The notes under the pieces: generated by a model
What the model was told of the DNA's origin: nothing
What the model saw: the letters and a program-made list of their open reading frames with translations, nothing else
Databases searched by the model: none
Source of the DNA: a bacterium
Lineage (GTDB): Bacteria; Patescibacteriota; Patescibacteriia; Veblenbacterales; UBA10138
NCBI GenBank assembly: GCA_020057885.1
Contig: JAGVEX010000019.1
Location: forward strand, 84,045 to 148,044
Direction: 5' to 3'
DNA: 64,000 nucleotides
In this document: one piece after another, positions 9,834-19,944 of the stretch
How the letters are laid out: each line of letters starts with the position of its first letter
Numbering within the stretch: position 1 is the stretch's first letter
Position numbers and translations under genes: made by a program

Positions 9834-11855
9834 TTAAAACGGATTAATTATTGTTGTCTGCACTAAGGCCTCTGGTAGTTCACCCAAAAAACGCGATGGT
9901 ATACCTGGATATACTGTACCAAACAAACGTCTGCTCGAGGCGTATAAACAATAAACTTTTTCTTTGGCGCGCGTAAGCCCCACATAACAAAGCCTACGCT
10001 CTTCTTCCAGTTCGCGTGGATCATCTAAACTTGAAGCGTGCGGCGTTAAGCCCTCTTCCATGCCAACCAAAAATACAGTTTTAAATTCTGTTCCCTTGGC
10101 CGAATGTAGAGTCATTAAAGTAATGCCGTTTTTTCTTTTATTCAAACTATCCTGATCTTGCCAAAGCGAAACTTCTGTTAAAAACTGCTCCAACGCTTCG
10201 CGGCCTTTTCCTGGTGCGCGTTCCTCAGCTACTGTTTTAAGTTCTTGAATATTACTAAGTCTAATCTCACCCTCGGTTGTACCATCGAGTAAATCTTCCT
10301 CTAAGCCGCTCTTTTTTAAAACTTCATCAATCAATTTCGTCACTGAAAGTTTAGGCAGTAATTTATCTAACTCTTTATATAAAAAAGCTAATTTTTTAAA
10401 AATTTCACGACGGGCCGATGAAATATTAACATTTTTTAATAAAGCTTCTTCCAAAAAATTAACCTGACGTGTTTGTGCTTCCTGCAAAACCAATTCCACG
10501 CTGGTCAAACCTAAACCGTGCGTTAAATTTAAACATACTCGTCTGAAACTTATACTATCAAACGGGTTAATAAGTAGCCTCAAATAAGCCAAAATATCTT
10601 TAATTTCACGCCGCTCATAAAAACGCACACCACCAATCAATTGATACGGTAACCCAGCTTTAAGACAAGCTTCTTCTAGAGCTCTGCTTTGGGCATTAGT
10701 GCGATAAAGCACCGCAAATTGATGTAGATCATCATCAACCCCATAATAACGAGCTATGGGCGTAATTTGGGGCAATAAACCGGTTTCTTCTATTGGCTCA
10801 TAAATTAACTCTGCTTCATTAGATTTACCTTGAGCCAACTTTATAACCTCGCTTACTACAAAATTTGCCTCAGCCACTTCATCTTCTACTTCTAATATGG
10901 AAATAGATTCACCTTTAGGATTTTCCGTCCATAAAGTTTTGTCAGCCTTTAACTCCGCTCGTTCCATAATAGCGTTAGAGGCGGAAATAATAATTTTAGT
11001 GGAACGATAATTCTGCTCTAGTTTGATAACACGCGCTTCCGGATAATCATCAGCAAAACGTAAAATATTTCCAAAGTCCGCCCCGCGCCAGGAATAAATT
11101 GACTGCCAATCATCGCCTACCACACAAAGATTACGACTCTCGCCTGCTAAAAGCTTTGTCCAAACATATTGGGCGCGGTTCACATCTTGGTATTCATCAA
11201 CTAATAAGTAATTAAACTGATTTTGGTAGCGTTTTAACACCTCGGGGTGTGCTTGCCACAACCAAACCATCTGATTAATAAGATCGTCAAAATCAAAAGC
11301 ACGATTAGCACGCAAAGCTGGCTGATAACGACTATAAACTTGAGCGACTAACTTTGTAAAATAATCTACTGCCTTATCTGTTTCATATTGAGTAGGAGTG
11401 ATTAAGTCAGACTTAGCACGCGAAATGGCGCCCAAAACCGCTCTAGGTTGTATTTGTTTAACATTCAAACCCAAATCTTTAATAATATTTTTGATTAAAC
11501 TTAATTGATCGTCTTCGTCATAAATAGAAAAATGAGAAGGGTAATCAATCAATTTAGCTTCACGTCTCAAAAATCTGCAACTGACAGAATGAAAGGTTCC
11601 AACCAATGGAAAACTAGTCGATGGTCGCCCCAGTAAGGCACCAACCCGTTCGTGCATTTCTTTAGCCGCCTTATTGGTAAAAGTAACTGCTAAAACAGAG
11701 GGAGCTAATATATTCTTAGCAGTCAAAAGATACGCCAAACGATGTATTAGAGTACGTGTTTTACCACTACCAGCCCCAGCCAATACTAAAACAGGTCCTG
11801 TGGTAGTGGTAACAGCCTCGATCTGCTTTTTATTTAAATCAGCCAAAATATCCAT
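9834..11855 (-). CDS. pcrA: ATP-dependent DNA helicase PcrA/UvrD
   Basis: AGAGSGKT, VDEYQD, VGDDWQSIYSWRGA, LEQNYRST, TLHSAKGTEF, EERRLCYVGLTRA. Confidence 0.95.
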   Translation of the reverse strand: MDILADLNKKQIEAVTTTTGPVLVLAGAGSGKTRTLIHRLAYLLTAKNILAPSVLAVTFTNKAAKEMHERVGALLGRPSTSFPLVGTFHSVSCRFLRREAKLIDYPSHFSIYDEDDQLSLIKNIIKDLGLNVKQIQPRAVLGAISRAKSDLITPTQYETDKAVDYFTKLVAQVYSRYQPALRANRAFDFDDLINQMVWLWQAHPEVLKRYQNQFNYLLVDEYQDVNRAQYVWTKLLAGESRNLCVVGDDWQSIYSWRGADFGNILRFADDYPEARVIKLEQNYRSTKIIISASNAIMERAELKADKTLWTENPKGESISILEVEDEVAEANFVVSEVIKLAQGKSNEAELIYEPIEETGLLPQITPIARYYGVDDDLHQFAVLYRTNAQSRALEEACLKAGLPYQLIGGVRFYERREIKDILAYLRLLINPFDSISFRRVCLNLTHGLGLTSVELVLQEAQTRQVNFLEEALLKNVNISSARREIFKKLAFLYKELDKLLPKLSVTKLIDEVLKKSGLEEDLLDGTTEGEIRLSNIQELKTVAEERAPGKGREALEQFLTEVSLWQDQDSLNKRKNGITLMTLHSAKGTEFKTVFLVGMEEGLTPHASSLDDPRELEEERRLCYVGLTRAKEKVYCLYASSRRLFGTVYPGIPSRFLGELPEALVQTTIINPF

Positions 11856-11964
11856 ACTCTTAAAAAATTATTAGGATTATTATATTATAGTTGACAAAGT
11901 AATAACGCTATGTTATGATGTTATCGAACTTATTTAAGCCAAAGGCTTTTTTATTTTGACTCAA

Positions 11965-12183
11965 ATGAACCGTTACGTCCAAATTGCAGAATTAGTAGTA
12001 GCTCTTTTGCTTATCCTGGCTATTTTATTGCAACAACGTGGGGCAGGCTTAGGTGGTATTTTTGGCGGCGAAAGTAATGTTTACCGCACTAAACGAGGAT
12101 TAGAAAAAGGTTTATATATAGGCACTATTATTCTCGTCATCCTATTCTTGGGATTGGCGATGGGGAATCTACTGCTTCAGTAG
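11965..12183 (+). CDS. secG: Preprotein translocase subunit SecG
   Basis: Two TM helices with ILLQQRGAGLGGIFGG and RTKRGLEK linker. Confidence 0.92.
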   Translation: MNRYVQIAELVVALLLILAILLQQRGAGLGGIFGGESNVYRTKRGLEKGLYIGTIILVILFLGLAMGNLLLQ

Positions 12184-12221
12184 TTATATAGCGTATCAGT
12201 ACTATATCACAAATCACCACC

Positions 12222-13997
12222 GTGTTCCGTCGTATTGTGGCAAGGTTAACCCATAAATTATGGCAACTTTTCTACGGCCACGACGAAACCAATGTTAATC
12301 ACGCTTTAAATCTGGTTAGTGCTAAACCGCTGCCAACTTGGCGACAGTTTACTTTAATTAACCGCATTTTTTCTAATCAAGAAAAAAGAATAACCCTAAG
12401 TTTATTAATTCTTTGTTTAATAAGCGGATCTTTCTTAGCACTACGATGGTTTAATAACCATACCACTTTACAGCCAAAAACTGGTGATGAATATACAGAG
12501 GGAATAATCGGCACACCAAGCACAGCCAACCCCTTACTTGCTAATAGTACAGCCGAATTGGATCTGGCTCGCCTTACACATCGTGGACTTTTAAGCCATG
12601 ATTCAAATGGAAATTTAATTGGCGATCTAGCTGAGACCTGGGAAGCAAGTTCCGATTTAAAAACTTACACCATAATCCTACGCCCCGACTTACGTTGGTC
12701 CGACGGCGAACCTTTAACTGCTCTTGATGTAATTTTTACTTTTCAAAGCTTACGCGATATAAATCAAAATAGCACTTGGTCGCGCAGTTTACGTGATATC
12801 AAAATAACCACTGAAGGGAATCTTAAAATAATTTTTACTCTAAAAGAACCTTACTATTACTTTCCGCAAACACTCACTTTAGGGTTAATACCTGCTCATA
12901 TTTGGCAAAGTATTCCAACGGCACAGTGGTTAGACACAGAAACAAGCCTAAAACCAATAGGCAGTGGGCCTTATCGTTTTAAAAGCTTAAATTACGATCA
13001 ACAAGAAAATCTAAAAAGTTATATTTTAGAAGCTAATCCTTTTACTCATACTAAAGCTCCACACTTAACTAAAATAACTCTGCGTTTTTACGACGATACC
13101 CCAAGCGTGCTGGAGGCTTTACACCAAGAAGCTGTTGATGGCGTAGGTGGTATTACTATACAAAACGGTACAAGCTCACGTAAATTTAACACTCTTTCTT
13201 TACTCTTGCCTCAATACACAGCGATTTTCTATAATTCTCAAACCAATGAACTTTTTGAAAATAAATCTATTCGCCAAGGATTAAGTTATGCTGTAAATCG
13301 CTCACTTTTAGTAAAAAAAGATTTACCAAACCAAACTATACCAGCCCGCGGACCATTTACTTGGGGAGAGGAAAAAACACAAACTGCCAAATATACTATT
13401 TCCTTTAATTTAGCTAAAGCTAAAGAATTATTTACCAGTGCTGGTTTTGTACGTGCTGATAAAGCTGAATTTTATACTAAAAATGGACAAATACTAGAAT
13501 TTACCTTGACTTTGGCTAATCAAACTGAGTTCATAACTATGGCGGAAGGTTTAAAACAACAATTGTCTGAGGTGGGCGTGAAAATTAACCTTAATTTAGT
13601 AGAACCGTCTTCGCTTTATTCTGATATAATTAAAACACGAAATTATCAAGCTCTTTTAGCCAAAGAAATAATGGGGCTTGATCCTGACCCTTACCCTTTT
13701 TGGCACTCTTCACAAAGCAACGCTCCGGGTCTTAATTTGGCCAATTTCCAAAATCGTGAAACCGATGGATTGCTCACTGAAGCACGGCAAACTGCTGATA
13801 ACAAAATACGTTTAGAAAAATACATGCGTTTCCAAGAAATTCTAAGTGCTGAAAGCCCAGCGACTTTTCTCTACAGTACCAATTATAATTACACTTTAGA
13901 TAAAGACATACAAAATATACCTAACAATATTATTGGCGAACCTGCAGACCGTTTTAATAATTTAGAAGATTGGTATCGCAATACCACTAGACAATAA
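12222..13997 (+). CDS. Peptide ABC transporter substrate-binding protein (family 5)
   Basis: GDLAETW, WSDGEPLTALDVIFT, PIGSGPYRF, DPDPYPFWHSSQ. Confidence 0.88.
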   Translation: MFRRIVARLTHKLWQLFYGHDETNVNHALNLVSAKPLPTWRQFTLINRIFSNQEKRITLSLLILCLISGSFLALRWFNNHTTLQPKTGDEYTEGIIGTPSTANPLLANSTAELDLARLTHRGLLSHDSNGNLIGDLAETWEASSDLKTYTIILRPDLRWSDGEPLTALDVIFTFQSLRDINQNSTWSRSLRDIKITTEGNLKIIFTLKEPYYYFPQTLTLGLIPAHIWQSIPTAQWLDTETSLKPIGSGPYRFKSLNYDQQENLKSYILEANPFTHTKAPHLTKITLRFYDDTPSVLEALHQEAVDGVGGITIQNGTSSRKFNTLSLLLPQYTAIFYNSQTNELFENKSIRQGLSYAVNRSLLVKKDLPNQTIPARGPFTWGEEKTQTAKYTISFNLAKAKELFTSAGFVRADKAEFYTKNGQILEFTLTLANQTEFITMAEGLKQQLSEVGVKINLNLVEPSSLYSDIIKTRNYQALLAKEIMGLDPDPYPFWHSSQSNAPGLNLANFQNRETDGLLTEARQTADNKIRLEKYMRFQEILSAESPATFLYSTNYNYTLDKDIQNIPNNIIGEPADRFNNLEDWYRNTTRQ

Positions 13998-14007
13998 TAT
14001 ATCCTAA

Positions 14008-14094
14008 GCCGAAGTGGCGGAACTGGTATACGCGTACGCTTCAGGAGCGTATGGGCGTAAGCCCATGAGGGTTCAAATCCCTCCTTCGGCACCA
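14008..14094 (+). tRNA. tRNA-Leu(CAG)
   Basis: GCCGAAG/CTTCGGC acceptor stem, anticodon loop TTCAGGA, long variable arm, GTTCAAATC T-loop, encoded CCA. Confidence 0.95.
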
Positions 14095-14429
14095 TGCACC
14101 ACTCACTCTCTCGTTAACATTCGTTCGTTCGGGTACATGGCAGGCCATGACTATGATTGTTAATTAAAGGGTAGGTGGTGTGTGCAGTGAACTTAAACAA
14201 GGTGAATAGTTCACTGCTACAATAAATTAATTAATCACCCCATTCGCTCTAATGTATGGCGAGTCACTTGAAATAGGAATGAATTAGATAAAAATGAGCA
14301 TCTAGTTCATGCTATGTATCTGAGCACAAGCGAATGGTTCATGGCTACAATTATCACATTCTATACAACCAAACAATTAATTTTAATGAAATTACTAATT
14401 AATTATCTAATTATAAAATAAATTTTGAT

Positions 14430-16217
14430 ATGGTTAATGAAAGATACAATCGTTTTAAATCCAACCGTCAAGGAACAAGACCGAACTATGGTACTTCGCG
14501 TCCCAAGCAACATTCCTCTGTCGGTCGCGTAGCCGCGCCGAGTGAATCTAATGAACCAAAACTTAAAATAATTCCGCTCGGTGGACAAGAAGAAGTCGGG
14601 CGCAATATGACTGTTTTTGAATATGGTCAAGATATTGTAATTCTTGATATAGGTATGCAATTTGCCGAAGAAGATATGCCAGGCATTGATTACATTATTC
14701 CAGATATTAGATATTTGCGCGGCAAAGAACGAAATATTAAAGGCGTTATTTTGAGCCATGGTCATTTAGATCATATTGGCGCGGTACCGCATATATTGCC
14801 CCAACTGGGTTGGCCGCCTGTTTATGCCAGCAAAATGACTTTGGCTTTGGTAAAACGCCGACTGGAAGAATCGCACTTGCAACAACATTTAAAATCATAC
14901 GAAATAAAATCCGCCAATGAAAATTTGCGTTTTGGAAATATTAAAGTAAATGTTTTTGATGTTACGCACAGTATTATGGATGCTATTGGAGTAATTATCC
15001 AAACCCCAGTAGCCAATATTATTCATCCTGGCGACTGGCGTTACGACCTTGATCCAGTAACCGGCAAACCAACTGATTTTTCTCATCTCGCACGCTGGAA
15101 TACCAAACCAATTCCCTCTATTTTAATGATGGAATCTTTGGGATCTACCAAGGAAGGGCATCAAATTTCCGAACTTGATATCTTCCGCACCATTAAACAA
15201 GTTTTTGAAAAAACTCAAGGCAGAATAATTATTGCCACTTTTGCTTCAATGGTGGAAAGAGTGAGTTGGATAGTCAGTGTGGCAGAGCAATTGGGTAAAA
15301 AAGTAGCACTCGATGGCTACTCTATGAAATTAAATATGGAAATTGCCAAAAAAATCGGTTATGCCAAATTTAAATCAAGTACTTTAATTGATATAAAACG
15401 CATTCGCGATTATCCCGATAATAAAGTGGTGGTAGTGTGCACTGGCGCGCAAGGTGAAGATAGAGCTGTGCTAATGCGCATTGCTAATGGCGAGCACCGT
15501 TCTATTAAACTGCAAAAAAATGATACGGTAATTTTTTCCTCTTCGGTTATTCCGGGTAACGAACGCTCTATTCAACGCTTAAAAGATTCCCTTTACCGCC
15601 AATGCGATAATGTGATTCATAAAGAAATTATGGATGTCCACGGCGGCGGTCATGCTTTAATTGAAGATATAAAATTACTTCTGCGGCAAGTAAAGCCAAA
15701 ATATCTCTTGCCCGTTTATGCTAATCATTATTTGTTAAAAGAGTGTGCTAAGGTAGCTATGTCTATTGGCTTTCCCCCGCAAAATATTTCTATTTTGGAT
15801 AATGGTAGTATAGGAGAAATGACACACCAGGGTTTTAAAATAAGCGAGCAAAAAATACCAATTGAATATGTGTTTGTAGATGGTTTAGGTGTAGGTGATA
15901 TTTCACACGTGGTGCTACGGGATCGACAAATTTTATCAGCTGATGGTATGTTAGTAATTGTAGCCACCATCGATGGCAAAACTGGCGCCCTGGTTGGCAG
16001 TCCCGATATTATCTCCCGCGGCTTTGTTTATATGAAAAATAACCGCTTAATCGAAGAAACTAGACATAAAATTAAACAAATCCTTAAAGGACAAAATAAG
16101 CAGCAATTGACTGATGAGATGTACATTAAAGATAAAATTCGTAATGATATTGGCCAATTTCTTTTCACAAAAATCGAACGTCGGCCTATGATTCTCCCCC
16201 TATTAATCCAAGTTTAA
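14430..16217 (+). CDS. rnj: Ribonuclease J
   Basis: PLGGQEEVGRNM, HGHLDHIG metallo-beta-lactamase motif, beta-CASP region, RRPMILP C-terminus. Confidence 0.95.
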   Translation: MVNERYNRFKSNRQGTRPNYGTSRPKQHSSVGRVAAPSESNEPKLKIIPLGGQEEVGRNMTVFEYGQDIVILDIGMQFAEEDMPGIDYIIPDIRYLRGKERNIKGVILSHGHLDHIGAVPHILPQLGWPPVYASKMTLALVKRRLEESHLQQHLKSYEIKSANENLRFGNIKVNVFDVTHSIMDAIGVIIQTPVANIIHPGDWRYDLDPVTGKPTDFSHLARWNTKPIPSILMMESLGSTKEGHQISELDIFRTIKQVFEKTQGRIIIATFASMVERVSWIVSVAEQLGKKVALDGYSMKLNMEIAKKIGYAKFKSSTLIDIKRIRDYPDNKVVVVCTGAQGEDRAVLMRIANGEHRSIKLQKNDTVIFSSSVIPGNERSIQRLKDSLYRQCDNVIHKEIMDVHGGGHALIEDIKLLLRQVKPKYLLPVYANHYLLKECAKVAMSIGFPPQNISILDNGSIGEMTHQGFKISEQKIPIEYVFVDGLGVGDISHVVLRDRQILSADGMLVIVATIDGKTGALVGSPDIISRGFVYMKNNRLIEETRHKIKQILKGQNKQQLTDEMYIKDKIRNDIGQFLFTKIERRPMILPLLIQV

Positions 16218-16279
16218 AAAAATATTCATATATTACTTAGAATTTAGATATTAGGATTTAGATATTAATTTACTATATT

Positions 16280-17272
16280 ATGTTCCCTAAAAATAAAGTT
16301 ATTTTCTCTGCCGCCCAGCCGACTGGCGAGCTTCACTTGGGCAATTACCTAGGCGCTCTTAAAAATTGGGTGCACTTACAGCGCGATAATCAATGTTTTT
16401 ATGCTATTGTGGATTATCACGCTATTACCATTCCTTATGATCCCAAAGATTTTCCTAAAAAAGTAATGGATTTGGCACTGGATTATTTAGCCTTAGGCAT
16501 AGATCCTGAAAAATCCGTGGTGTTTATACAATCACACGTGCCCGAACACACTGAACTAGCCTGGATTTTAAATACCATTACACCGCTTGGGGAATTGGAA
16601 CGCATGACGCAGTTTAAAGACAAAGCTGAACAGCAACGCGGTTCTATTAATGCTGGATTATTAAACTACCCTGTTTTAATGGCGGCGGATATTTTGCTTT
16701 ATCAACCTGACTTGGTGCCTGTGGGTGAAGATCAAACCCAGCATGTGGAACTGACGCGCGTTATTGCGCGCAAATTCAACAGCGCTTTTGGCGAATATTT
16801 TAAAGAACCAAAAGTTTACGAAGCTACTATCGCGCGTGTAATGTCGCTCTTGGAGCCTGCTAAAAAAATGTCAAAATCTTTAGGGCCTAATCACTGTTTG
16901 GCTTTAAATGACCCGCCTGAAGTAATCCGTAAAAAAATTGCCAAGGCTGTTACAGACGAAGGCGGCTTGGCTGAAAACAGAGTTTCCGGCGGAAAAAATT
17001 TACTAGAACTTTTTAAAGTATTGTCGGATGATAAAGCTACCAAGGACGCTTTTGAAGAGCAATATAAAGCTGGAGAACTTAAGTATGCTGAATTCAAACC
17101 CGCTTTAGCCGAAACAATTATCAAAGTATTGGAACCAATTCAGGCCCGTCGTGCTGAACTAGCAGCCAAACCGCAAGAGGTAACTAGAATCTTACTAGGC
17201 GGCCGCGACAAAGCCAGATTAATTGCCCAAAAAACTTTACAGGATGTGAAAGAAAGAATGGGTTTAGTTTAA
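16280..17272 (+). CDS. trpS: Tryptophan--tRNA ligase
   Basis: HLGNYLGA, YPVLMAADILLY, VPVGEDQ, KMSKS. Confidence 0.97.
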   Translation: MFPKNKVIFSAAQPTGELHLGNYLGALKNWVHLQRDNQCFYAIVDYHAITIPYDPKDFPKKVMDLALDYLALGIDPEKSVVFIQSHVPEHTELAWILNTITPLGELERMTQFKDKAEQQRGSINAGLLNYPVLMAADILLYQPDLVPVGEDQTQHVELTRVIARKFNSAFGEYFKEPKVYEATIARVMSLLEPAKKMSKSLGPNHCLALNDPPEVIRKKIAKAVTDEGGLAENRVSGGKNLLELFKVLSDDKATKDAFEEQYKAGELKYAEFKPALAETIIKVLEPIQARRAELAAKPQEVTRILLGGRDKARLIAQKTLQDVKERMGLV

Positions 17273-17295
17273 AGTTAATACCAAATTACAATACT

Positions 17296-17324
17296 AAAAC
17301 CAAGGCTTTAAGCCTTGGTTTTTT
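17296..17324 (+). terminator. Intrinsic terminator after trpS
   Basis: aaaaccaaggct-tta-agccttggtttttt. Confidence 0.75.
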
Positions 17325-18052
17325 AAATCTCCCACCCTGTGATTTATGTCCGGCCGGACCTTTTTCACAGGATGGTGTTTTGTAGGTTAGGTATTACTTA
17401 ATAAGCAGTAAAACCCTGTGGAACATTAAGCTTAGACTAATAAATAATGCCTTAACTTAGCCAAAACATATTATTCATTGTTCCACAAGTATGAAGAAGA
17501 TGAGATACATCTCCGACACTTTTAAAATATAAGGCATACTGGTGGGGAAGGATAATTCCCCTATGTATACACCTAGCCAACACCCATTCATACCTCAACC
17601 TAAAATCTTGCTCTCTAAGCATGAAAGATGGCGTCAGATAGCTAAAGTCTTAAGCCTATCTCAAGAGGCCAAGACTCGCTTGGAATGGTTTATATATCAT
17701 GAATCTCATGGTGCTAAAAACGTCTCCCGTACTGCTAGGCACTTTGGCATACATAGAGACACCTTCCACCATTGGCATAATAGATTTACTGAGACTAATT
17801 TAAGAAGTTTGGAAAGCCATTCCTGTGCTCCCCTTAAGCGTCGCACTTTAGCCTTAAATCAAAGTCAAGTAGATAGGATAATCAAACTTCGAAAGGAGCA
17901 TCTCTTATATGGCAAAATGAAACTTAAAGCTATGTATGAAAGCGAGTATGGCGAGGCTATCTCTTCTTGGCACGTGCAAAAGGTTATTAAACTATATCAT
18001 TTATATCCCCAGAGGAAACCACTAAAACACAATAAACGTCAAATAGGGCTTA

Positions 18053-19111
18053 GGTGAGTTCAACAAGTAAGTGCAACACTTGGTAAAATCCAAGCATATG
18101 ACACAATACCAACAATTAACCATTGAGGAACGAGAAAAGATACAAACAGGGTTGTGGGAAAGGAGATCGTTACGGGATATCGCCCGACTGCTTGGCCGAA
18201 ATGTCTCCACTATCTCCCGAGAGCTTCAGCGGAATACAGCAGGCGAGCGAAGACGCTACGTCCCCCGCTTAGCTGAAGAGCGGACACGAAGACGAATACA
18301 AGCACGTGGCCAAAGGGAACGACTGAAGTGTCCTCTCATACGTGAATATGCGATTAGGAAACTGAAAGATGACTACTCACCCGAACAAATCGCTGGCACG
18401 CTCTCAATCGAGCATCTGGCATATTCAATCAGCCCTGAGGCAGTCTATCAATTCATTTACGCGCAGTATCGGAGAGGCGGGTACGGACGGTGTCTTGGAG
18501 AAGACTTACGAGTTTACTTGAAACGCAAACACAAAATCCGCAAATTAAAATATGCGCTGTTCAAAGCAGTCAAAGGGCCAATAAAGAACCGTATTTTCAT
18601 TGATTATCGACCGCAAGAAGTCACCACTAGAATCATCTGCGGTCACTGGGAAGGCGACTCCATGGTGTCCCGTCAGAGCTCGGCTGGTTTAAATACACTG
18701 GTCGAACGAGTTACGGGGCTTATGCTTATCACTAAGATTCAAAACACCACGGCAGCTGAAACGACACAGGCGGTTATCCAACGGCTGAAACGTTTTCCGA
18801 TGAGGCTCCGTCAGACAATCACGGTTGATAACGGCCATGAGAATGCCGGACACGAAGACATTGTGAAGAGGATCAAAACAAAAATATTCTTTGCGCATCC
18901 GTACCATTCTTGGGAACGGGGAATAAATGAAAATGCCAACGGATTGATCCGTTGGTACTTACCGAAGGGAACTGACTTTGCTACAGTGAATGAAGAGCGC
19001 TTGAGAGAGATTGAATATAAACTCAACACCAGACCAAGAAAGCGGCTTGGCTGGAAAACACCACTCCAAGTTTTTAATCAGTGGGTGTTGCACTAGAATA
19101 TTGAATGTAGC
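18053..19111 (+). mobile_element. IS30-family element with 3-bp TTA target duplication
   Basis: Imperfect terminal IRs (G..TTCAA..AGTGCAACAC at both ends); TTA at 18050-18052 and 19112-19114. Confidence 0.85.
18098..19096 (+). CDS. IS30-family transposase
   Basis: YQQLTIEER..STISREL, SPEQIAG, GHWEGD, TVDNGHE, WERGINENANGLIRWYLPKG, RPRKRLGWKTP. Confidence 0.95.
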   Translation: MTQYQQLTIEEREKIQTGLWERRSLRDIARLLGRNVSTISRELQRNTAGERRRYVPRLAEERTRRRIQARGQRERLKCPLIREYAIRKLKDDYSPEQIAGTLSIEHLAYSISPEAVYQFIYAQYRRGGYGRCLGEDLRVYLKRKHKIRKLKYALFKAVKGPIKNRIFIDYRPQEVTTRIICGHWEGDSMVSRQSSAGLNTLVERVTGLMLITKIQNTTAAETTQAVIQRLKRFPMRLRQTITVDNGHENAGHEDIVKRIKTKIFFAHPYHSWERGINENANGLIRWYLPKGTDFATVNEERLREIEYKLNTRPRKRLGWKTPLQVFNQWVLH

Positions 19112-19654
19112 TTAAAAAGAAGCACATCACAGAGCTTTTAAGACAACCACACCCAGGCTTTCTTATTTGTTTAGACACTATTGTACTTTATCAATTTAAC
19201 CTCAAACGCTATATCATCACTGGTATTGATTGGCAGGGCAAGATAGCCTATGCCAAAATGTATACTAATCATTCCTCTGTCTCAGCTACTGATTTCCTTA
19301 AGCGCTTATATTATCTCCTAGATGGCAAGATTGAAAACGTACTCCACGATAATGGCAGTGAGTTTGCTAAGCACTTTATAGAAGCTTCTAAGCAACTACA
19401 CCTCACCCAGTACTATACCAGGGTTAAGACCCCTAAAGACAACGCTGTTTGTGAACGCTTTAATCGTACCCTGAAGGAAGAGTTTCTATACCAAGGCAAC
19501 TTTCATCCTAACCTAGCTGTATTTAATCAAAATTTAACCAATTGGCTTATTGAATATAACTTTAAAAGACCCCACCAAAGCCTTAGGTATCAAACCCCTA
19601 TCCAAGCTGCCTTAAAACAGGGGTACTTGTCGGAGATGTACCCAGTACAAAGTA

Positions 19655-19683
19655 TTGACAATTTGAGCTAGACGCGCTATGAT
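19655..19683 (+). promoter_or_regulatory. Sigma70-type promoter
   Basis: TTGACA-17 bp-TATGAT. Confidence 0.6.
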
Positions 19684-19753
19684 AATATGTTATTTTCGTG
19701 CTTGGTTTATTAGGGTTTGATTGTACTTTAACAACTTAAGAATAGTAGATAAG

Positions 19754-19901
19754 TTCGTTGCCACTAACCTGGGAGGGGAGAGGAAATTAAGTACGATAGT
19801 AGATTGGTGTTATAACTGATCAACTACCGTTTGCTTGATTTCTGGTGTATTGCCTTCGGGCATAAGATACACTAACTCTCTACCAGATTAGTGGTAACGA
19901 A
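19754..19901 (+). ncRNA. Candidate structured RNA / leader (multi-stem junction)
   Basis: 19-bp closing stem, ~26-bp inner stem with several G-U pairs, and a cUUCGg-capped hairpin on the + strand; family not recognised. Confidence 0.45.
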
Positions 19902-19944
19902 ATAAGAAAATTAATAATAAAAATAACTTAAAAAGAGGTTCATC

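Larger units (their letters stand above)
17492..19649 (+). mobile_element. IS481-like insertion sequence interrupted by an IS30 element; ends approximate
   Basis: 13-bp inverted repeat TACATCTCCGACA (17506-17518) / TGTCGGAGATGTA (19628-19640) flanks a split HTH+rve transposase. Confidence 0.75.
17563..19671 (+). pseudogene. IS481-family transposase split by IS30 insertion (17563-18052 + 19115-19671)
   Basis: N-part has HTH (VSRTARHFGIHRDTFHHW); C-part has LDT..., DNGSEF, PKDNAVCERFNRT. Removing the IS30 and one TTA restores the frame (...QIGL-KKKHITELL...). Confidence 0.85.

Noticed and set aside
13889-14095. 68-aa minus-strand ORF
   Set aside because: It is the antisense reading of tRNA-Leu and the end of the ABC binding-protein gene
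17417-17487. TGTGGAACA/TGTTCCACA inverted repeat before the IS481 end
   Set aside because: Only 9 bp with a long spacer; cannot be told from chance or assigned a role
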